A stretch of 64,000 bases of DNA from NCBI GenBank assembly GCA_964016885.1, contig OZ024742.1, positions 88,722,001 through 88,786,000 on the forward strand, in the 5' to 3' direction. Shown piece after piece: positions 55,410 through 64,000 of this stretch. The translations under genes were made by a program, and so were the position numbers. Within the stretch, counting starts at the first letter, position 1. Every line of letters starts with the position of its first letter. The stretch comes from Eledone cirrhosa (Eukaryota). Under the pieces are notes generated by a model. It searched no databases. It saw only the letters and a list, made by a program, of their open reading frames with translations, and had not been told where the DNA came from.

Positions 55410-55632
55410 GGGCGGTAGATTGGCAGTATCGGTAGAGTTTCGGACGCTATGCGTTGCAGCAAAGGGTTACGGCCCTTGATGATCTGAGTTCAAATCCCGC
55501 CGAGGTTAACTTTGCCTTTCATCCTTACGGGGTCGATAAAATAAAGTACCAGTCATGCACTGGAGTCGATTTAATCAACTTTCCCCTCCACCAAAATTGC
55601 TGGCCATGTGCCTATATAAGAAACCAATATAT
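55410..55632 (+). mobile_element. SINE, full-length
   Basis: ggcggtagattggcagtatcgg (box A), gagttcaaatccc (box B), core and 3' end. Confidence 0.9.
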
Positions 55633-55685
55633 TAGAATAATCAAATTAACTCGAAAAATCGAGTTTTGAGGAGCGAGTGTATTAG

Positions 55686-56036
55686 AATTCTCAGGAAAAT
55701 GGAAAACCTCTGCGCATGGAAGCCGTTAGAAGCAAAGTACCGTCGAAGTGACGTTGGGTGAAATATTAACTCCAAGGACAGAGATCAGCGGCTCGGTGTG
55801 AGTTGACCAAAGGAAAGAAGAGAAAATAGGAAGAAAGAAATAGAATGGATGGATGAATGAGTACAGGTCATAATCATTTCTTTGTTCCTATCTTTTCTTC
55901 ACTTCGGGTCAACTCACACCGAGCCGCTAATCTCTGTTCTTCGAGGTAATATTTTACCCAACGCCGCTTCGGCGGGCGGTACTTTGCTATTCTAACAACT
56001 TCCATACGCCGAGTTTTTCCGTCTTTCCTGAGAATT
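55686..56036. mobile_element. ~350 bp fold-back / MITE-like element
   Basis: aattctcaggaaa..agcggctcggtgtgagttgacc pairs with ggtcaactcacaccgagccgct..tttcctgagaatt; arms ~150 bp. Confidence 0.8.
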
Positions 56037-59000
56037 ATATTAGAATACTCCTAATTTGAAAACATCATTCACTTTATACGATTTATGAGTAGTTAGTTCC
56101 CCGCTTGTCATAGCATTTGATATGCAGGCTGATTTTGAATTAAAATTACATGAAACTATGGCTCTTGAATTTTGTAGTGAAAACATCCCCTACATATTAA
56201 TATTAAAGTCATTTGTCAGTGTTATTCCAATCAACAGACAGATTGAGAGAGATGTGTGAGAGATAAAAAGGAGAGACTGTATCTGTGTGTTTGTGTGACT
56301 GTGTGTGAAAGACGATAGTAATGATTAGAGAGTTGCAGAGCAATTAGGCACTAAATTAAGAATTTAGTCTGTACTAAAGTGATTAATTATTGAAGAGAGT
56401 GATGTCTTGGGAGACAGTTCATTTTATCAGGATTGATTATTGCCGTAACAAGAATGTGGTTTAAAAAATTAAGGTGGAGTTATTAACTACGTTTTTGAAG
56501 ACTTCGTTGAGAATAAATTAAACAAGTCCACTCTTAACCTGAAACATTCTGCATTAATGGAAATATCACTGATGATGTTTGAATAAATAATCGAGTAATT
56601 ACAATTAATGTTCACTTGATTATGTGATTATATGAGAAAGAAACATCTTCATATATAATGTTAATCCTCTCCCCTGTTTACCAACGCCTCCTAGCATTTG
56701 ATCTGACTCTCTCCATCCAACTTGTATCTTCATCCAATATCCTATATTTACGGTATTATAGATCAAATCATACCACATGGTGCGTTATTCTACCATCGGC
56801 CAATTGATAGGTTTGATATAGGAATTAATGCTTGATACGCTCGTCTGCAAGGGCAATGGCTTTTACTGATTAAGTTATGTGTTTGATATCTGCTCGGGTG
56901 TTTTCAGTATGTTTCCAACCCTCCCAACCTATGAAACTTCCAACACCATGTGAAAACAACAACTGTGCTGCCGAAATAAGGTTTTCCTTTTCTCTCGCAG
57001 CATTTGTTCAAATACTACTAGTTTCTGTATCAACGGATGAAGTTATAACACCTATATTGCTCTTTCCAGGTTGACGAGATAATTAGATGTCCCATCACTC
57101 TAAGTCTCTGGTGTTTTATGATATAGCCTCTTTTCTTAAGGCAACTTCGTAGATTATTTTCAGCGTTGAAGATCTGCAGTACCTCGAAATGTTGACGTTT
57201 CTAGAGGAATTTTACAATTATTTTAATCGAACCCCACCGAAGAGGGCAGGCAGATATAAAACGCCAGATTCTGTCATAAGCATCTTGAACTCATTGATGC
57301 TTACCATATATGCATCCAGTGACCAAAACTTGTTAATCAATTATCCTGCAGCCTAGCTGACCATAGCTAACAGAATTTCTTGATGTATTGAGTATTCAGT
57401 CTAAACCGATATTTCCCACTACTTCAATTTCTTTATGCACATCTTCAGACTTGGCATTTTCTATGCCTTTCCTACTCTGGAAATGTTACAAACATTTACC
57501 TTCCTTGATTTATATACAAACGTTCATGCTGACCTAAAAATAAAAAAAAAATAAAAACTTTTATTTCAATAATTGTGAGCATATTGCTTTAAAATCTTTA
57601 CTTTAATGAGAAGTATTAAAATTATTGCGAATCTTAACTTAGAATTATATTTAACGAGTTACATCATCTGCAGCTGACATTGGTAAACACTTCACAATGT
57701 GCTGTAGGCCTAGAAGAGGAGATGTCAAGAGTTGCATTACGCTTAGATATTTGAAAACCAAGCAGTAGTACAAAGTGAGCTCTTCATGAAAAGCTTGACA
57801 AAGTCATTTTTTTATATTTTTCGTAAAAGTACAAATAAAATTCCTTTTACGTCAACGGTTAACTTTTTCAACCGGATTTTAACTTCTTAAAACGCATTGA
57901 CTTTTTTTTACAATAGCGACATATAAAGCTAGCTACGTTCTGCATGCAGACAATAAAGGAGAAAATGGCACTTCAAAAGTTGCTGTGATGAAAAAATCAA
58001 TTAATTATAAAAGTAGTTTTCGGAATATTGTGTAGTTCAATAGTAGAGACGCAAAATCAAAGGTACTTTTTTAACATATTAAAATCGTTCTTATGAATGA
58101 CATTGTTTAAGTGCGCATAGCGTAAATAATGTTATCAGAATCTTTTGTGAATTATTCGATTATTGACGGGAGCCTCCGAAAGTTTTATAGTCAAGAATTA
58201 TTCGCTTGGCGTAAAATATAGGTCTCACTCTGCAGAACATACGTATGTTACACATTGCCGTTACAATATCATAGAATTAGTGAGCCATCCCTTAATCAAA
58301 TTTATTTTCTATTCTCTGTTTGAGTTCGCCGTAATCTTGTTATCTGGTATAACTAGTTTTGCAATCCACTCCACACCTGATGGAATCGCTAAAGTCTTCC
58401 ATCATGATCGAATGATGTAACTAGCCCATTGAAATACATATATTGTTTTCGCAACATTAAAGAATGTTTCCAGTCTGGCCTCTCAGTTGATTGTCAATTT
58501 ATATACATATAACACATAGTTATGATTTTCTTCGTGATCATAAGGACCTTGGTTAGTTTCCATTGCAAGTCATCCTCGGAAAGTATATTTTACCACAAGC
58601 TAGAGTGAACCTAAGCATTGTGAATGAAGATTCGATCAATGGAAATCGGATCTAAACCCATTGGTAGGATTGACCATACAATTTAAATGTTCAGCATTTT
58701 TGCCCCTTGTCACATTATTTTGGTCGGAGGAGTTCGTTCAGATTAGTCAGAAAGCTTAACCTCTTGGGTAAATACACTTGATGGCTGGACAACTGTGAAT
58801 TCATCGTTGAAATATATTTACTAATAAAATTAGTATAAAACATTGTAGATTTAATTTAAGTCACTATCTTATCTATTACATTACTGTGTGATTCTGCACA
58901 AATATATCTACCTGTTTATGCATCATGATCGATTACTGTGGCATCGAATATAACATCAAAGAGTTAGGTTCTAGAAAACTCAATTTGTTTTCTTTTTGTG

Positions 59001-59729
59001 TGTGGAAGTGAAAGGTTTATTTATGCAGTGGTTACTATTAAATTATATATGATATTTCTTATATGATTTGAAACTTTCAACTTGATATGAACGTTATGTG
59101 ACAATGTTAATTGTGCTTCCTTGGTCGATATAGATAGAAGGATGATACAGTTGTGGATTGTAGCTACTACAGTGTGGCTGTCCAACTAGAATCATTTAAA
59201 GCTAAAATTGTAGACACGTATTTCGAAATTTCAACTCTAAATAATCCAATAAATGTTTCGGCAAACACTGTTGAATGTCAACTAATAAAATAATAAATGA
59301 AACACTGACTAGTTTAGAATACTATTTCATGAAGCTGAACATGTTTAAATAGATAATAAAATGAGGTAAACACTGGAAAGAAAGAAAATCATATGAAATT
59401 TCACGAAAAGAAAGTAAAAATTTATCTGCTGAAGTATAAATAACATAAAAAATAATATGACATTAGATTGAGCTACAGTGCTGATGCGACAAATGTGTGG
59501 CAGGAATAAGGATGAACATATTAATGCATTTACTGGTGATTGTATCGACCCAAGTTTTTTACTCGCATATATTTTGTCAGAAATAAATATTAGTAAATAT
59601 TGACCTTATCAGAAATTGCATTCACAGAGCTTAATTTTCGATTTGAAAGTAGTTCATAATAAATTTCTTACCAATTTTAACCCTACGCTTTGCATTTAAT
59701 ATATCACAGAGGTAATAACAATAATAATA

Positions 59730-59846
59730 ATGGTTTCTGATTTATGCACAAAGCAAACAATTTTCGGCGAGGGGAAAATCGATTAAATCGACACCACTGC
59801 ATTACTGGTACTTTATTTTAGCGACCCTGTAACAAGGAAAGGTAAC
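59730..59846 (-). mobile_element. SINE 3' fragment
   Basis: ggggaaaatcgattaaatcgac..actggtactttatttt. Confidence 0.7.
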
Positions 59847-60449
59847 GCTAATAATAATAATAACAATCATAATAATAATTTCTGTATTGGCCACTATGGG
59901 TGAAAAATAAAGGACAATATAAATGAACAGGGATAGTAGCGATTACATGTAATAAAGGAACACAGGTAAAGGTCAACAGCAAATTAATAACAAAAGAATT
60001 TCCTAATTGGTGGAGTAACAATCTGGGGTAATCTAGGAACCCCACATATACGAAACCACCCTGATCATCATGGTCAGAATAGAAAAGAACACGTAGTGGT
60101 CCAGAGAGAAATCTTCCTTACCTCGAGATCCGATTTAGTCTTGTATTATACAGCACTTCCACACCACCTCACATTCCATGTAGAACTCAACGTCGTCGGA
60201 AATGGTGGCTAATGTGAGCATGAAGGAAATCCGGGCCTTGTTGACGGCTATTATATTTATAGCTACTCACCTAAAGTCGTTGAGATAGCGATCTGGCATA
60301 CAGGACTACTCTAGTGCACGTTCACTTATGCATCCCACTTTTAAAATTGTCATGTCAGTCAGAAAGAGTTAAAAGGATAAAATGAGGTCTACTTACCATC
60401 CCAGTGTTGTTGAAGATCAGCTGTTTTGAGCTTGTATAGAGTTGGTGAC

Positions 60450-62600
60450 CCTTTACGAACTATTTAAAATCCTCCAGGTGATTTTTTATTTATTTTAGGG
60501 ATCCCAAAGTCATATATATATCTCTTTTCTGATTTCATATATCTCAATTTTTATATAACTTCGAATTATTCTTCAATCTGGGGAATACTCAGACCACAAT
60601 ATCCACAGTCATCGACCTTTCAATAAATTCGCTGAAAGATAGCATGTCCCTCTAAAATCTCAATTTCCTCATCGAGCGAAACTTCAAAAAATTCTATGCG
60701 GGCTTATGTAAACAGAATAGTGTCTAAATTTAGCTCATTTAAATCCTATTCTCTTTTAGAACATGCCTGGCCTTCTGGATCAAGCGAATGCATCACAATG
60801 AAATCCACAATAGTCTCAGCTAATAGCGGGATGTGTCTTACACGGGACAGCAATGATCAGGCAACGGACATATAGATGCATGTTGCACAGTCTCAGACGA
60901 CAAAACTTCTGTGCCTCTTGAGCCCACTCTAAACTGGAAATCCCCTTCCTCTGTATGTAATACTGTTTAAGCAGGGATTACTGGAAATTATCCTTGTACC
61001 GTGGACTACGGGTTCCCTGAAACAGACTAGCCATTAATGTTTGTGGCAGTCGGAGCTTACGCAAGATGTAGTCAACTTTACCTGCCACTATCCTCGATAG
61101 AATGCCAAAGTCCCATTTCGGACTTCGTTTTTCTCAGGAGTGCAGCCCTGTGAAAGAGATGAGATTGTGAATGTTATTGTTGACACAAAGCAGCATCACG
61201 TGTTCAGAAAATTCAAACGAGCAGAAGCTCCATACAGGCTAGATGGATAGGGAGCAAGGTAGGACAGTCAGGCTGTAATAGATGACGAAGACGCTGTAGG
61301 CAGAATACGATAAACTACTGACCTTTCTGGCCATATCTGTGTGAGAAATTTCCGCTCTACGGGTCACATTTCTTTTCCACAGGAAACTCTGAACCAATGC
61401 AAATCTCAAGGAATTTATCCAGTTCGTCCTTACAGTGTTACACAGTACGGTTGGACGATATAGGCCAGTATCTCTTACTACATAGCTGGAGGACCATTGA
61501 CGTTGCCTTTTCTATTGTGATATCTGACTGTACCTGGTACCCGTTCAGACGGAGGCTCACCTTGCCAATATGTTCGGGGACATCAACCACACATGCTTTT
61601 CGCAGATGGATACCCATCAACGTTTCTCTTTTCTGTAGTAATTGCTCAATAATCAATATATACAAAACAAAGGGAACTTACTTAAAGCCCAAGTGCGTGA
61701 TAATGAGGAGTCATCTTAGATGGCTTTTTACACTGTAATTCGCGCAGACTTTTGTCTATTATGCAACAATTCACCGCCTAAGGACAGTGAGAAAACTGTC
61801 GCTATAAGTACATACATTTGTTCGGCCATTTCGAATGATTTTTATCTAATTAGATAAGGAACCCACACGTTTCACCTTCTTGCTGGTTGTTACAGTTGAT
61901 ATTTGTCAAGATGTCGGCAAACAAGTCAGACAAATGCATACCTCGTTGAGTAGACACTCTAAATATGATGATGTACCCATCCTACTTTTAGACTTCGCTT
62001 CCTATAATTCGATAGATATTTTCGAGTTTTCACAATACTACTTCTATAGGAAATTGGTGCAGGCTATCAAGAACTGCATTCTGCAATCCGGCCAGTCACA
62101 CCCACCGACAATTTGGGCAAACGCAACAGAAAAACTGCATAAATTTATTTGGAATCGAATAGCACGCGAACATCAGGAAGCGTAAAAGCACAATTTGTGT
62201 CTTTCTTTCTAGAATTTGCCTCCGTCATTAGGACTTAGCTCAGCTTCCCTTCCTTCTTCTCTTAGCACACGCACCTTAGATCTATCAATGCATCCTTCGT
62301 GCTTCGTCTTGAAGAATTAGTTTACAACAAATCTCCTGGTGATGCCTTTATTAAAAGCCTCTTCCACCTAGGTTTCCCTCTTATCTAGATATCTCTATCT
62401 GTACTATCATACTATCATACTAATAGCTATCGATTCTCTTGTAATTGTAGACATTCAGAGCGAAACACGCTATGTCATTGACGATTTCGACAACTTCCAA
62501 ATCCGAACTCAATCATATTCCCGTTCCCGAGTTCCTGCCTGTGAAGCGTATCTAGGTGTCTTGTTACATATATTAAAGTGAATCTACACTACTCTTGTCT
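60450..62600 (-). mobile_element. Possible very old L1/Tx1-type LINE relic
   Basis: Minus-strand HEGCIDRSKVRVLREEG resembles the L1/Tx1 EN-RT linker (G..IRSR....EEGE). The rest is fragmentary and the boundaries are rough. Confidence 0.35.
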
Positions 62601-64000
62601 ACTGACATATAGAATGCCTCATCTCGATATATGGTGGTAGTGGTGTGGATGGGGGTGCCAGCGGCGGCACTGGGGTTTATTGTTTGAAGTTTTAAGTTTC
62701 TTTCTATTGACTTTTTGTGTAGGCGGAATTTGTTCAGTTTATTTATTTACTTGTTTTTTGTTTTCTCTCATTACAACTAAGATAACTCAATGATTAAAAG
62801 TGGGGAATAGCATGTGCTAAGGCCTTATTTTGTGGCTGAAGGATTCTGATGAGGATTTTGTATAAGTTGGTGTTGATGATGTTGCAGCTGTTGATTTACC
62901 TGCGGCTGCCCTTTATGGATGCTGTTGTTGGTCTATTTCTAAGTTCAGGTTACAGATGTCGCTGCTGCTGCTATTTTCATTGTAATAATTTCCAGGTTTA
63001 CTTTTGAGTACAAAATTATAATTTTCAATGAAAAATCGTTTTGGGCAATTCTTTACAGTGAGGCAATCTGTTCTGGTTAATTCTTCTTGCACATACGGTT
63101 TGACGATATATATTTATTTATTTTATTAAACGAAAAAGGTATGCTTGTATTTAAAATACAGATATTTTCCCCAAAAGAGGAATATCCATGGACACTATCG
63201 TGGTATAAGAAGCTGGATAGTGTAGTGTCCGACAATTTAACAAAATTATAACAATATGTGTTGTAATGAAAGGAAGTAATAAATGACGCATGGAGCGGTA
63301 ACGAGATGTGTTGAAAAAAACATCAACCACAATAATAATACAGAAAATATTAGAGGCCAAAAAGATGGGTACGCATAGACTAGCACTCTGCATTTCATAA
63401 CGTAAATCTAACATCACCAAATTAGAAACAAGTCATTTTAAGCAAATGAAATAAAATCCCTTTAAACAAAACGCCACATGGAAAAGCTGATAATATTGTC
63501 ATACTACCCGTATGGCCCTTTTATTATCATGGAAAGCATATACGTTGTCTCAGTGTTTTATTACCATTGAAGAATCATGCATGCAAAATGTGAACTTAAA
63601 AGAGGATTTTCTATGCAAACCACTAAATCGAAGTAGAAAAACGCAGTAGGTTTGAAGGTTATTCCATTATTACAATTTAAGGTTTATACGATATACACAC
63701 GGAAATATGTAATAAGAATAATGCACAACAAAATAAAGCGAAATTGTAAGCACGCCCGAAAGAAAATTGTAGGAATAATCTTGAAATAATTTATGAAACC
63801 CTCTACTATCCTTCTCGTCTACAATATAAAACTGCTATTGGCCTTGCCCGGAGATTGAATATATAAATAAGTAAATCATAGAGGCGAATTTTGAAGAGTG
63901 AATAGCATGTAAACACGCGACGATCATAGTCCCGTAATAGAGAACAAAACAAAAACAAAAAAAGCAAAAAAAAAAACATGTCTTCTCAAGAGGTTCACTC

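Noticed and set aside
55410-55500. tRNA gene
   Set aside because: Boxes A and B are present but there is no cloverleaf; it is the head of a multi-copy SINE.

Overview
This is AT-rich eukaryotic DNA with no host gene that I can support. It is most likely from a coleoid cephalopod (octopus-like), which I infer from the tRNA-headed SINE family, the very dense (TA)n/(TG)n microsatellites and the transposon mix. The window holds a near-full-length Penelope-like element (PLE; RT + GIY-YIG) and several PLE fragments. It also holds an R4/Dong-type RLE LINE in (TAA)n, a hATm-like DNA transposon with TIRs, RTE, L1/Tx1 and mariner/Tc1 relics, and about 11 SINE copies. Most listed ORFs are microsatellite artefacts. 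The most striking signal is non-coding: at least 7 sequence-distinct type I hammerhead ribozyme (HHR) motifs lie in the first 28 kb. They occur in PLE termini, in two non-coding tandem-plus-inverted repeat families (318 bp and ~500-560 bp; retrozyme-like), and at both outer ends of a ~2.3 kb palindrome. Many fold-back repeats from 0.1 to 2.3 kb are embedded in (TA)n. All structures were read by eye and none has been tested for activity. Element boundaries are approximate unless a motif is quoted.
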